Positions 25,727-38,669 of a stretch of DNA of 64,000 nucleotides are shown here, piece by piece. The DNA comes from Hemiscyllium ocellatum (lineage: Eukaryota). The notes under the pieces are model-generated. The model searched no databases, was not told where the DNA came from, and saw only the letters and a program-made list of their open reading frames with translations. Position numbers and translations under genes: made by a program. The stretch spans positions 13,441,138 to 13,505,137 of the forward strand of contig NC_083440.1 of the NCBI RefSeq assembly GCF_020745735.1, written 5' to 3'. How positions within the stretch are numbered: the first letter of the stretch is position 1; the number at the start of each line of letters is the position of its first letter.

Positions 25727-28045
25727 GAATTTTTTTTTCATATGTCGCTGGACCAAATTGATTCGAATACAACTATCTCTAACAAAGTGAGATGGTAATT
25801 AATCAAAAAGCTGCCAATTATGTGGGCTCCTCTGCACTGAAGAGATAAAACACAGACAGGGTGACCGTTTTGCAGATTACCGGTGTTTTGCTGTAAAAAT
25901 GTTCTACCTGCTATTTGAACATACCATCGTGTTCCCGGGCCCACACCTCTGTCTCGAACCTGCTGCAGTACTCCAGCAAGCACATAGCAAGCTGGAGGAA
26001 CAGCGTTAATGTTCTGCTTTGCAACCTGCGGCCTTTAGAACTCAGTCTGAGGTCCAATTATTTTAGGGCCTGAACACTTTTTGCCAAAGAAAGAGAGGAG
26101 CAGAAACAAAATTCAAATGGAGGGGAGATTGGGGTACAGCAGGTAAGATAGTGATTGAAAGGTTGCAAGTCAGCTGGCGAGCTGTACATGTGAGATAAGA
26201 GAGATACGGTGGGGAAATGGAAGTCAAGACTACGAGAGGAATAGACACAGAGTGGGGTTTAGAACAGTGCTGAAGGATATACGAAAGGTTGGGAAATCAC
26301 AGAAATCCTATTCTTAACAGAAAGAAGGAAATATGAATAAACAGTAAAGGCGAGTCCATAAGAGAAAGAAATATCAAATTTGCGAAAGGAGAGCAGTCTT
26401 ATTTATGTGAAATATATTTCAGACTTGACACCAGAAAGTCAAGCGAAATGTTATGTTTCATGGACCACCTGTATCGCCCTATTGCCCCATTCTTGCCCCA
26501 TAATCCAGCAATATTTGCTCCAATGAGCTTCTCTCCAATTGTCCACTTGCGATTTACAGTTGAATCCATTTCCATGCCAATTCTGGTAAATGGGTCCTCT
26601 TCAAAAACTCAGCAGAAGACAAGATATCCATGAATTGCTTACTCAGCTTCTTTCAAGAACCACATCGACCCTTTCCTCTGATTTCTGCGATTACATTCCA
26701 CTCCTGTTTCCCTTCTACTCGTCGGGAAAACTGGCAAGAAGTTTTGATTAACTGAGCCGGGACAGGAAGAAAATAACGGAAAAAGTCATGGTGCAAACCA
26801 TGTCCTTCAAAACTATTTGCAAGTAGGAGGAGAGAAAATCAAATGCATTTACAAAGTTGATACTCTGTCAGTTTCTATCATTGATAAATGTTTTGAAATT
26901 TTATGTTCGTGGAATGCCATCGAAATTGAAATAAAGTTATTGAACAAGTGGGATTGCAACATGTTAGTATTTCTTCTTTTATTTCCTCACTCGTTAACCT
27001 CTTAACAGAGCAGATTTTGCTTTTGCACTTGTTTCGATCAGTTAATACTTTCCCTTTTGCTCAATAAGTTAGATTGAATTATTTGCACACCTATTTCCTT
27101 GCTTCCATCTTTTGATTTCATCATTGGAATTGTTAACAAACAAAGGAATGATATATTTTGATAGTTTGCATTTTTGGCTTATTGATACTTGTAATGATTA
27201 CGCCCTGAATATTGTCATTCAAACATACAAGATAGTTGTTGGCCAGTTTTATTGAAAACAAGATATTTTTAATGAGGCAAATATTAGTTATCCAGCTCAT
27301 TTTGTCCATTAATTGACTCACAAACAAAGCCATCTTAGAGGTCAGCCAAGAATCCATCAATTGCTATGCATCCGATATCCTCAGTATGGAATTCATTATT
27401 ATATATGTAATGTTTAAAGAGATTAGGACTCTACTCACTGGGGTTTAGAAGAATGAAAGGTGATCTTATTGAAACATATAAGATTCTTAAGGAGCTTGAA
27501 ATGATAAATGAAACGACTTTTTCCATTCACAGAGGAGTCTGGGACTAGATGGTATAGTCACAAATTAATGGCGCACCAAATTAGGAAAGAGAAAAAGACA
27601 AATTTCTGCTCCCAGTGGTTTGTGAGTCTTTGGAAATTTGCCACGAACAATTGTTGGGCTAGTGTCCTTACGTTTATTTAAAATTGATATGGATAGACTC
27701 TTGATCAATCCGGGAATTAAGTGCTACAGGGAAAGCTGTGTGGACGTGAGGAATGTTGAATCATCCCTGATGCTATTAAAAAGAGAACAGGCTCGAATAG
27801 CCAAGTCCTCATCCTGCTCAATATGGTCTTTTGGTCTTATTATCACATATAGGCCAGACCACATAAGGAAGGCAGTCTGTCTTGCCAGAAGGGGATAGAA
27901 AGATTTTTTTTGTTTGTTATAAATTATTCCTTAGATTTGCGTTCTACAGTTTCGCAAGATCAAATTTGAATGCATTTTCTCATGTGCAAATTTTCGGCTC
28001 AGAACGTTTAGCTGCAGTAACACAACAGTATCACATGACCGAAAT

Positions 28046-28356
28046 GGGGCGGCACGGTAGCACAGTAATTAGCACTGCTGCCTCACTGCGCCAGAGACCC
28101 GGGTTCAATTCCCACCTCAGGCAACTGTCTGTGTGGAGTTTGCACATTCTCCCTGTGTCTGCATGGGTTTCCTCCGCGTGCTCCGGTTTCCTCCCACAGT
28201 CCAAAGATGTGCGGGTCAGGTCAATTGGCTATGCTGAATTACCCATAGTGTTAGGTACGGGGTAAATGTAGGGGTATGGGTGGGTTGCGCTTCGAAGGGT
28301 CGGTGTGGACTTATTGGGCCGAAGGGCCTGTTTCTACACTGTAAGTAATCTAATCT
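28046..28356 (+). mobile_element. Full-length HE1-type tRNA-derived SINE
   Basis: tRNA-like head with A/B boxes (GCACGGTAGCACAG..., GGGTTCAATTCCC), central body, CR1-like tail GGGCCGAAGGGCCTGTTTC and (TAATC)n. Confidence 0.92.
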
Positions 28357-30079
28357 AAAATGGATGAAGGGCTCCGGAAGCTGTAAGGCTTAATGTCATT
28401 TATTAATGGAGACATCGAAGTTAAACATAGAGCATAGGAGCAGGCGTGGTCCCTTCGGCCCTTTGACTTGCTCCACCATTAAATATGATCATTGCTGATT
28501 ATCCAAACTTGTTCCCGCTTTCTGACTATATGCTATGATCCATAAATCCACCTCCTGCTTTGAAATATAAGAACTGGGAGGTTAAGTTGGGATAGGAGAA
28601 AAGGCTGCACTCAGAGTACTGCAAATAAATTCAGATCACAGCAGTCCCTAAATTATGTCAGGGGGCGATCTCTAGTGGTATTACTGTCGGACTGTTAATC
28701 CAGAGACCATAGTAACGTTTGACCATGCAGGTTTGATTTCTGCCTGGAATTTTATATCAACAAAAATCTGGAATTAGAGTCTCATGAAACCATTTCTAAG
28801 TACTAGGAAACACAAAGTACTAGGAAGGCAACTACCATCATTACGTCGTCTGGCCTTCGTGTAATTCCACACCAACAGCAATGTGCTCGACACTTAATTG
28901 CCCCCTGTAGTGGGAACTAAAAGTTGGCTCAGCAAGCGACGCCTTCATCCCGTGAGCCAAATAACAAAGAGAAACCAGAAAAGTTACAAAGACTATTGAC
29001 AAGGCATTGACAAAGCTAAAACAAAACTCAGTCACGTGGAGAGATGGCATAGTCGGTGGCTATTTGACTTGAAATGAGAGACGAAAGGGCAGACTGGTTT
29101 GAATTGAACAAAACTATTTTGTTCTAAACATGCCAATTGGATGTGCCGATTTTACTTATTTAAGAAACCAGGAGAGATAAACATAGGCTAACATTTGGGA
29201 GGTTTAGCAGAGTTTAGAGAAGAATTTATTTACCTCAAAAAATGTGAATCTTTCATCCAGAAACAGTGGCAGCAACAGATATAACACAATGTTTGGGACA
29301 CATTTGGATCTGCACTGGAAATGCCATGCACGAGACGTCTGTGAACCATGTGAGTCCGAAACCCTGCATTTACTATGGCTAATCCACATAGGCTACATAT
29401 CCTTGGACACTGCCATGCCCAACTGACATATCCAGCATACCTTAGAACTGCGGGACACCCTTCATGTCCAAGACTCATGAAGAATCTGAGATCACATCAT
29501 GCTTAAATTTTTGCTTGTATATCATTAAAGGTGGAGTCTGATAGAAAGGAGTGAGGGCAAAATTTAAAACAGTCTGGCAATCAATTTTCCTGAAAGGTAG
29601 GACAGAAGCAGCCAGTGAATAGGGAAATAAAAGTCAACGACATTCTTGAGTGCCTGGAGTTGCCAATAGGGGAAATCCTTATGATCCAGGCTTTTAGTTT
29701 GACAAATATCCGGGAATGTCGTCAGCATTGTTAATACTAATAACTTTGGAAAAAAGAACACTCGACATTTCTGTCTTGAATTGAATGTTAACTATATCTC
29801 CTGGAGACATTGTTCCAGATAACTACTAAAGGCTGAAAAATATGGATATGGAAAGGCAGGGCAGGTCAGACAGCTTCGGAGGAGCAGGTTGTTTCGGGTG
29901 AGCACATCGACTTTCCTGCTCTTCCGACGCTGCTTGATCGGCTGCGCCTTTCCATATTGAACTGACTCCCAGTTCCGGCATCTGCAGTGCTTACTCCCTC
30001 ATTACTAGAGATTGTTTGCTTCACATCATATTTGCACGACAACATGGCAATTTTGTCCGTTAGCCTATTTTGGTGCCTT

Positions 30080-30240
30080 GTGTCACGCGAAAGGAAAAAT
30101 CCAGTGCCTGTGGTTTTCTGCAAACGATGCTTGATTTGCTCAATGTTCAAACCGCACACTGGTCTGTTTTTTTCCGCTCTTATATCTGTTGACCTACTTA
30201 AATGCTGGCAGCTGTACTCTGGTAACCACACTCACAGTCA
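30080..30240. promoter_or_regulatory. Candidate T-cell enhancer (RUNX cluster + E-box)
   Basis: TGTGGTT 30109-30115, AACCGCA 30150-30156, AACCACA 30224-30230, CAGCTG 30209-30214 and AGGAAAAA near 30092, in sequence with no repeat I recognise. Confidence 0.45.
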
Positions 30241-30999
30241 GCGTGTTTTCTGTTTCTCTGTGTGACATGATGATGTTTCTGTGTTTCTGCAAGGACATCA
30301 AAAAATGTTGTTCTTGGGAGCTAGCAGAGACAGAATTTGATGAATTGAACTGACAGGGTAGACAGAAGAGTTTATGTCAAACTACTGTGCTCTTGAAATA
30401 GTCCGATGACTTTATGTGTGATGTTCTCTTTGAAATCTGGTTTCATTGCTCTACCGTGATGATTCCAGTAAGAAAACGTTCACAGTAATGGGGGGGGGGG
30501 GGGCTTAGAGGGAAAATTCCGTGAAATTTAATTCTTTGTGCTGTTTCTGCAATTCATCAGAAAAGAATTCTGGAATTTCTTCCCTCATGGCATTGTTGGT
30601 CTACCTACAGCACATGGACTGAAGGCAGTTCACTATCACCTTCTCAAGGGGGCAACTCGGGATAAGAAATAAATCCAGGGCAAGCCAATGTCCCAATGAA
30701 CACATGTATTAAAAAAAAGCATACTTGATGTCTTAGAGGTCCTAGCTCCGCTTTACTGCCCAGAATCTTAACTGTCTAATGTATCTAAATACAATCTAAT
30801 TTGATTGTGAGTGCGTTAAAAAAAAACCCAGCCCCGAATATCATCTGGTGAAGACAATGCATTGTTAGACTGATTGTGTCTAATTGGTCCTTTAAGATCT
30901 GATCAAAATGTACACAAGAAGAAACGAGCATTTTGATATGCAGCAAGTTTATTAGCTTTTTCTACTTTATACACATATAAACAAATTAACGAATCTAGA

Positions 31000-33178
31000 A
31001 TATAGAACATAGAACATAGAAAGATACAGCGCAGTACAGGCCCTTCGGCCCTCGATGTTGCGCCGACCGAATCCTACCTAACCTACACTAGCCCAATAAC
31101 TTCCAAATGCCTATCCAATGCCCTCTTAAATGACCATAAAGAAGGAGAGTTCACCAATGCTACTGGCAGGGCATTCCATGAACTCACAACCCGCTGTGTA
31201 AAGAATCTACCCCTAACATCTGTCCTATACCTACCACCCCTTAATTTAAAGCTGTGTCCCCTAGTAACACTTGACTCCATTAGCGGTAAAAGGTTCTCAG
31301 TGTCGACCCTATCTAAACCCCTAATCATCTTATACACCTCTATCAAATCTCCCCTAAACCTTCTCTTCTCCAATGAGAACAGCCCCAAGTGCCTCAGCCT
31401 TTCCTCATAAGATTTTCCTACCATTCCAGGCAACATCCTGGTAAACCTCCTCTGCACTCGTTCCAATGCCTCCATATCCTTCCTATAGTATGGCGACCAA
31501 AACTGCACACAATACTCCAGATGAGGCCGCACCAGAGTCTTATACAGTTGCAACATGACCTCAGGACTCCGGAACTCAATTCCACTACCAATAAAGCCCA
31601 GTACACCATATGCCTTCCTCACAGCACTATTTACCTGGGTGGCAACTTTCAGAGATCTGTGTACATGGACACCAAGATCCCTCTGCTTATCCACACTACC
31701 AAGTAGCCTACCATTAGCCCAGTAATCCATCTTCTTGTTACTCCTACCAAAGTGAATGACTTCACACTTAGCTACATTGAATTCCATTTGCCACATTTCT
31801 GCCCAGCTCTGCAACTTATCTATATCCCGCTGTAACCTACCACTTCCTTCCTCACTATCCACAACTCCACCAACTTTTGTGTCATCCGCAAACTTGCTTA
31901 CCCAGCTTTCAAGTCCTTTCTCTAGATCATTTATAATGATAACAAAAAGCAATGTCCCAAAACAGATCCTTGTGGTACACCGCTAGTAACTGCGCTCCAA
32001 GATGAACATAGTCCATCAACTACTACCCTCTGTCTCCTTCCAGCCAGCCAATTCCTAATCCAAATCTCTAATGTATCCTCAATGCCATACCTCCGTAGTT
32101 TTAGCATTAGCCTACCATGGGGAACCTTATCGAACGCCTTACTAAAATCCATATACACAACATCTACTGCTTTACCCTCGTCCACTTCCTTAGTCACCTT
32201 CTCAAAGAACTCAATAAGGTTTGTGAGGCACGACCTGCCCTTCACAAAACCATGCTGGCTATCCTTGATCACGTTATTCCTATCCAGATGTTCATAAATC
32301 TTATCCCTTACCATTCTCTCTCAGACTTTGCCCACCACTGAAGTCAGACTCACTGGCCTATAGTTACTAGGGCTATCCCTACTCCCTTTCTTGAACAAGG
32401 GGACCACATTCGCTATCCTCCAGTCCTCTGGTACTATTCCCGTTGACAATGACGACATAAAAATCCAGGCCAATGGCTCTGCTATCTCCTCCCTAGCTTC
32501 CCATAGGATCCTAGGGTAAATGCCATCAGGCCCAGGAGACTTATCTATTTTCATCCTCTCCAATATTCCCAGAACCTCTTCCCTGCATATTTCCAGGCCA
32601 TCCATTCTAATCATTTGTGACTCCATATTCACATCAGCAACAGTGTCCTGTTCCTGAGTGAATACTGATGAAAAGTATTGATTTAGTGTCTCTCCAATCT
32701 CCTCAGCCTCCACACACAACTTCCCACTACTATCCTTGACTGGACCGATACCTACCATAGTCATCCTTTTATTCCTGACATACCTATACAAAGCCTTTGG
32801 GTTTTCCCTAATCCTACCAGCTAAAGACTTTTCATGTCCCCTTCTCACTTCTCTTAGCTCTCTCTTTAGATCCTTCCTGGCTACCTTATAACTCTCTATC
32901 GCCCCAACTGAACCTTCACGCCTCATCTTTACATATGCCGCCTTCTTCCCTTTCACAAGGGATTCCAATTCCTTACTAAACCACGGCTGCCTCACAAGGC
33001 CCTTTACACCATGCCTGACTGGTACATACTTATCGAGGACACGTAGTAGCTGCTCCTTGAACAATCCCCGCATCTCATTAGTGTTCTTCTCTTGAAGCCT
33101 GTTTTTCTAATCCACACATCCTAAGTCATGCCTCACTGCATCATAATTTCCCTGCCCCCAGCTATAACTCTTGCCTTA
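31000..33178 (-). mobile_element. Young 5'-truncated CR1 (HER1-like) LINE
   Basis: ORF2 RT in three ORFs (32321-33073, 31931-32314, 31083-31952; KSPGPDGIYP, QHGFVKGRSCLTNL, DFSKAFDKVPH, KFADDTK) split by one TGA and one 1-nt deletion; 3' tail (TTCTATG)n. Confidence 0.97.
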
Positions 33179-33299
33179 ATCTGTTAGCTTAATCAACTTT
33201 ATAACCAAACTAATGAACAAGTGTATTAGCTGAAGCTACTTTATATCAATGCAAACTAACAAATGAATCTACAAGCTTAATCTACTTTATATACTAATT

Positions 33300-33695
33300 A
33301 TTAGATTAGATTAGATTACTTACAGTGTGGAAACAGGCCCTTCGGCCCAACAAGTCCACACCGACCCGCCGAAGCGACAACCCACCCATACCCCTAACCT
33401 AACACTACGGGCAATTTAGCATGGCCAATTCACCTGACCCGCACATCTTTGTGACTGTGGGAGGAAACCGGAGCAAACAAGTCTACACCGACCCGCCGAA
33501 GCGCAACCCACCCATACCCCTTACCTAACACTACGGGCAATTTAACATGGCCAATTCACCTGACCCGCACATCTTTGGACTGTGGGAGGAAACCGGAGCA
33601 CCAGGAGGAAACCCACACAGACACGGGGAGAACGTGCAAACTCCACACAGTCAGTCGCCTGAGGTGGGAATTGAACCCAGGTCCCTGGCGCTGTA
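33300..33695 (-). mobile_element. HE1-type SINE with an internal ~125-bp tandem duplication
   Basis: Reverse complement of the HE1 body; the block ACAAGTC.ACACCGACCCGCC...GGAAACCGGAGC occurs twice (33349 and ~33477). Confidence 0.9.
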
Positions 33696-36600
33696 TTAAT
33701 TGAATCTATTTCCTTAACCTAGTTTATGCAGATACAAGCTCATAATTGAATCTGTTAGGCTATATTTTTAATGCAATTAATGAGTGAACCTATTAGTTTA
33801 TTCTACTTTAAACAGACGCAAACTATTACAGAGGCACTTGAAACGTTATGTCATATTCCATGACTCCGAACTCATGAATCCTAACCCAATGGTGAAATTC
33901 CAACAATTGAGAAAACACATCCGATGTCAATACTATTCTGAATCTAATGTTGCATGTTGTATAATAATTTCCTACTATTTTCCTAAATTTTTGGTTGTGC
34001 GAAAAGAGGTTGAAAAACACGTCCAGGTGGGTCTCTGTCATGACATAATGCAGTTCACTTCAGATCGTGCACGCTGTGATACATTCACCTCTTGGTCTCC
34101 GAATCTACAGTGCGTATAGGCCCAACATTGTTTTCTTCAGAAACGCTCCCAATAATATTGAAATGCCCTCTGCTTGAGAAATTGATATAGATCAAATGGG
34201 TTGATAGGGGATGAGACAGAAAAAGCATCCAGAAGGGGAAGAGAGGACAATGTCTCGGCCTGATGTTAGGTTTAACACTCTGCTAACCATGAATAGAATC
34301 CTTACTGTGTAGAAGCAGGCCATTCAACCCATCGTCCACATTGACTCTCCAAAGAACACCCCAAGATGATGCACTCACCTTTACTGTGAAAGTGCATCTC
34401 TATCTCTAATTCATCTAACCTGCATATCTCCGGAAAACGTTGGCAATTTCAGCTTGGCCAATCATTCCAACCTGTACATTTTTAGATTGTGAGAGGAAAC
34501 CATAACAACCGAAGCAAACCAATGCATGCTTGGGGAGAATTTGTAAGTATCACGTAGAGAGTGGCCCGAGTGCAGATTGAAACCCGTGTCCCTGGCGCTC
34601 GACTCAGCTGTGCTAAACACTGAATCATTTTGACATCCTGGATGACAACAAGATAGATGTTATCACTGAACAGTGGTTAATGTATACTCTGTTTTGAAAA
34701 TGTAATGATACCTGCACTCTGGCGGTCAATGTAAAACCTTAATTTGGCAGGAGTGTTGTTGGAAGCATTTAAACCAGCAGCAGGCTTCTTTTTCGGGAAT
34801 AACAGGTCACAGACAAGAAACATTTGCAAAGACAAATTCAAAAACACACAAGATTCATAGAGGACCTGACCGGGTAGATGTAGGAAAGTTTTTACTACTT
34901 ATGGTAACGTCTAATAAGTTAGTTCCTGGGATCAGTAAGAAAGATGGTATTGAGATATAAAACGTGGCAGGAATTAAGTTGGGTTGATATTAATGAAAGA
35001 AGGGAGGAAGTCTGAAGGAATCAGATGTGGAAATCTTTTATACTCTGCGTGGAAGGCCAAATGCTAGGAGCGTATGGTTTTAAGATGAGAAGGAGAAAGT
35101 TTGAAGGATTTGTACGAGTCATGGTTTTTACTTAGAGGTTCGCAGGTGCCGAGAAAGCGCTATAAAGGGAAGTGGTAGAATCGAAATGCTAGCAAAAATT
35201 AACAAGCAGTTTGACAGCAACAGGCAGGCAAAAGCAGACAATGCGCAGACAGACAGGATTAGTTTTGAATGGCATCATGGTCGGCACAGTTATGCAGGGC
35301 TGAAGGGCCTGCACCTGTGCTTTACTGGTTTAAGTTAAGTTATGTTTTAAGTTAAAATGAATTAGAAAAAGTTATAAGCTGGAGGAACGTGGCAATGGGG
35401 AAAATAAAAAATAAACAGGTGGAGAGAAGGGACACACACCAAAGAGCAATGGAAAGAAATAAAAGTTTCAAAAGAAAGAGGAAGATAACTGAAAAATTAA
35501 CAGAATGAAAAAGATACAAAGAATGATAGAATCAAATGATGGAAGATACGTGACAGATTGTTTAGAGGAAAGGAAAAAATGACCAACTCAACAACTAAAA
35601 AAGAGCAAGGAAATATTCATAACTGAGTGAAGACTAAGATAAATTGCCAATTAAGGCAGAAAACCTTGTTAAGAGAAATGGCAGAAATATCTCTGAAGAA
35701 AGAAGTTTAGCTGCAGATATATAGATTGACTTTACCAAATGCATCCAGCAGCGACAGTTGGCAGGTGTTGGCGTCTCAGAGACATAATCACTGAAGAGGA
35801 AATAGGAGCAAAGCAGTTAGGTCAACTAATTTACAAACAGAAACTGCAGTTCAGCAGGTGTGACATTCAGTCCAACCAAAATTGCACTTGGAAACAATGA
35901 GTTACTTCACACAAACCTGAGACACTCATTAAAATGGAAAGTTTCAGTGCCTCACTCGAAAGTTTCAATCCCACATCTTTCATCTGACCTCTCTGTGCAG
36001 CTGCAACATATCTTTTCTTTCCACATCGAGCCTTGTTTTGAAGTGCTGTTTTTCAGAAAGAGCGAAAAATAACAAAACAAAATGGCACAAGACACAAGTT
36101 TGAAAATCAATACGCATTCTAATGTCAGCTCCAACAGTTCTTCAGCCAAAGCCTTTCAGTGGAATTAGATTTAGAATTAAGTTTATTGTTCTCAAATGCA
36201 GGAACACATGAGTAAAATGAGAAGTATTCAAAGTCGCCATTTCCGTGGCCATCTTAGATGCACAGATACCTCAGCGCAAGTGCTTAGGCAGTCATCAGAA
36301 AAATGATGAAATTATTTTTTTTAAAATCAGCACTGCAGTCATTATAAAACGAGGCGCCAAGATACCCAAATGCAATGTTTTAAGTATAAATTATAAAAGT
36401 CAATAGATAAAGGTAATGGTTCAGCATTGCAGTCATAATGGTCTAAAATGGTGTGTGAGTGCTCAGCTTCACATCAAGGGTGGGGTCCATCGAGTCTGTC
36501 CGAGGAATGAAGGTAAGTAGAGAGAAAAAGAAAAGAGAAATGAAAATGAATACAGGAAAAGGAAGACAAGGCTACTCTGTCGCTAGAAATTCAATTTCAT

Positions 36601-37149
36601 TTTGTCAGTATTTTGAAAGACATATCTATCCATCTTTTTATCTCTTACTGGCATTTTCTTCTTCTTTCTGACTGTTTACGTAAAATATTTTAAACCTATC
36701 AATAAAAAGTCAAAGGAATATTTAATACATTTTACATGGAATTGATTGATGAGAGTGAGACAGCTAGACTGTGAGAAAGAAAGAGGCAGAGAGAGTGACA
36801 CAAATGTAGAATCGGTAAACAGTGATCACCAGGTAATAAGAAAGAGTGAACGACAGACTTGAGGGAATGGGAAAGCGACAGAGTAGGAGGGAGAAGAGAC
36901 ACAATGACAGAGAGATTAAATCAATGCAAGCGAGATAGCAAATATTTGGACCATAGAGGAAAGAAAGTCAGATGGATCATTGCAGCTAAAAATGTGGAAG
37001 GAATGACTTATAGCTGACAGAAAGGCAAGGTGTGGCAGTTGATGGGGTGAAAGAACGTCAGGGAATAGAAAGAAAAAAAATGGCAAGGGTGAAAATACGG
37101 AGACATGCAAAGATAATGTAGAGAATTAAAGATTAAGCGGTGATTGGCC

Positions 37150-38350
37150 TTGCTTGTTAAAATCAGTCAGCTTCATCAAAGGGATATCATGCCTGGATAG
37201 CCGTTAGTATACTTTGAGGAAAACCTATGGATGTCGTTTATTTGAAATTTCCTGAAAGTCTTTTACAATGGAGATGGCAAAGAAAGATAAGTGGTATTAG
37301 GAGGTAATGAGGCTGGCTGATTGACAATCGGTAGAGAGAGTGGACAAGGGGGTCTGCTTCAGGATGTCAGTCAGTGGCTACTGGAGATCCCTAAGTGTCA
37401 GGGTTGAAACCACAATCATTCACATTATGTACTAATAATCTGGGATAAGGAACTGAGGGAATTATTACTTAGCTTGCAGATGATACAAAGGAAGACCGAG
37501 AAGCAAGTAGTGTTCAGGAAACGGGCAGTCTGCGGAAGGACTTGAATGGACTCAGAAAGTGAGCAAAGATGTGGCAGATGGAAAACAATATGGGTCAGTA
37601 TGCGGTTATGCACTTTGGTAGAAAGAAAAGAAGCATAGATTATTATCTTAATGGAGAAAGACTTTGAACATCTGAAATAGAAAAGGATTACAGAATCGCA
37701 GTTTAGGATACTCCTAAAATTCATATGCAGGTTCATGTGGCAGTCATGAAGGCCAAAGCAACGTTAGCATCCATTTGGAGAAGACTAGAACACAAGAGCA
37801 AGCGTCCACTGCTGTATAAGCCTCTGATTAGGCTGCATTTGGAATATTGTGAGAAATTTTAAAACAGGATTTGTTGGCTTTGCAGTGCGTACAGAGGTGG
37901 TTTACGAGATGATCGCAGAGATAAAGGGCTTGTCATTTGAAGAGCAATTGAGAACCCTGGTCTCTACTCATGGAGCTTAGACGCCTTAAGTATTGGGGTA
38001 TCTGACTGAAACTTACAAAATGCTGAGAGGCTAGAACAGATTGGAGTTGTAGAAGATGCTTTCCCGAGGGTGCAACCTCAAAATGAAGAGACCACCTTTT
38101 TGGAGCGAAATGAGAATAAATGTATTCAGCCAAGGGCTGGAAATCTGCTGAATCATTGTCACAAAATGCTGCGGACGCCAACTCATGAAATGTATTTAAG
38201 ACAGACATAGATAGTTTCCTCAATAGTAACGGGATCAAGGGTTAATGGGGCAAGAGAGGAGAATAAGGTTGAGAAGCCCCCATACAAGCGATGATCAAAT
38301 GACGGAGAAAACAGGATGGGCCAAATGGCCTAATTCAGCTCCTATATCTT
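37150..38350 (+). mobile_element. Old CR1 LINE 3' fragment
   Basis: Degenerate RT remnants (ADDTK-like) and a CR1 3' tail GGCCAAATGGCCTAATTC. Confidence 0.8.
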
Positions 38351-38669
38351 ACAGTCATAAGGGTATGGTAATTGCACGCATGCATCCCATGTACTTGTCT
38401 GGTGAGGGAGAACATAGAGAAAGGTAAACTGTATAGGCCAAATGGCTTAATTCTGCTCCTATATCTCATAGTCTTATGGGTATGCTGATTGCACGCATGC
38501 ATCTCACATATTTATCTGTAGAGAGAGAATACACAGAACGGTAGACAGTAACGACCAATTGGCATGATTCTGCTCCAATATCTTGCAGTCTTATGGATGT
38601 TCGAATTACATGCACACATCTCTCATAATTGTCCATAGAGAGAGAACAGAGGCAAAGGTAGTCTGATCG
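38319..38669. repeat. 117-bp tandem repeat, three copies
   Basis: Units start at 38319, 38436 and 38553 (GGCCAAATGGC.TAATTC.GCTCCTATATCT...). Confidence 0.9.

Noticed and set aside
26450-26520. GDTGGP on the minus strand resembling the trypsinogen GDSGGP motif
   Set aside because: Flanked by stops, with no preceding C-x-G-D or following Cys and no other serine-protease exon.
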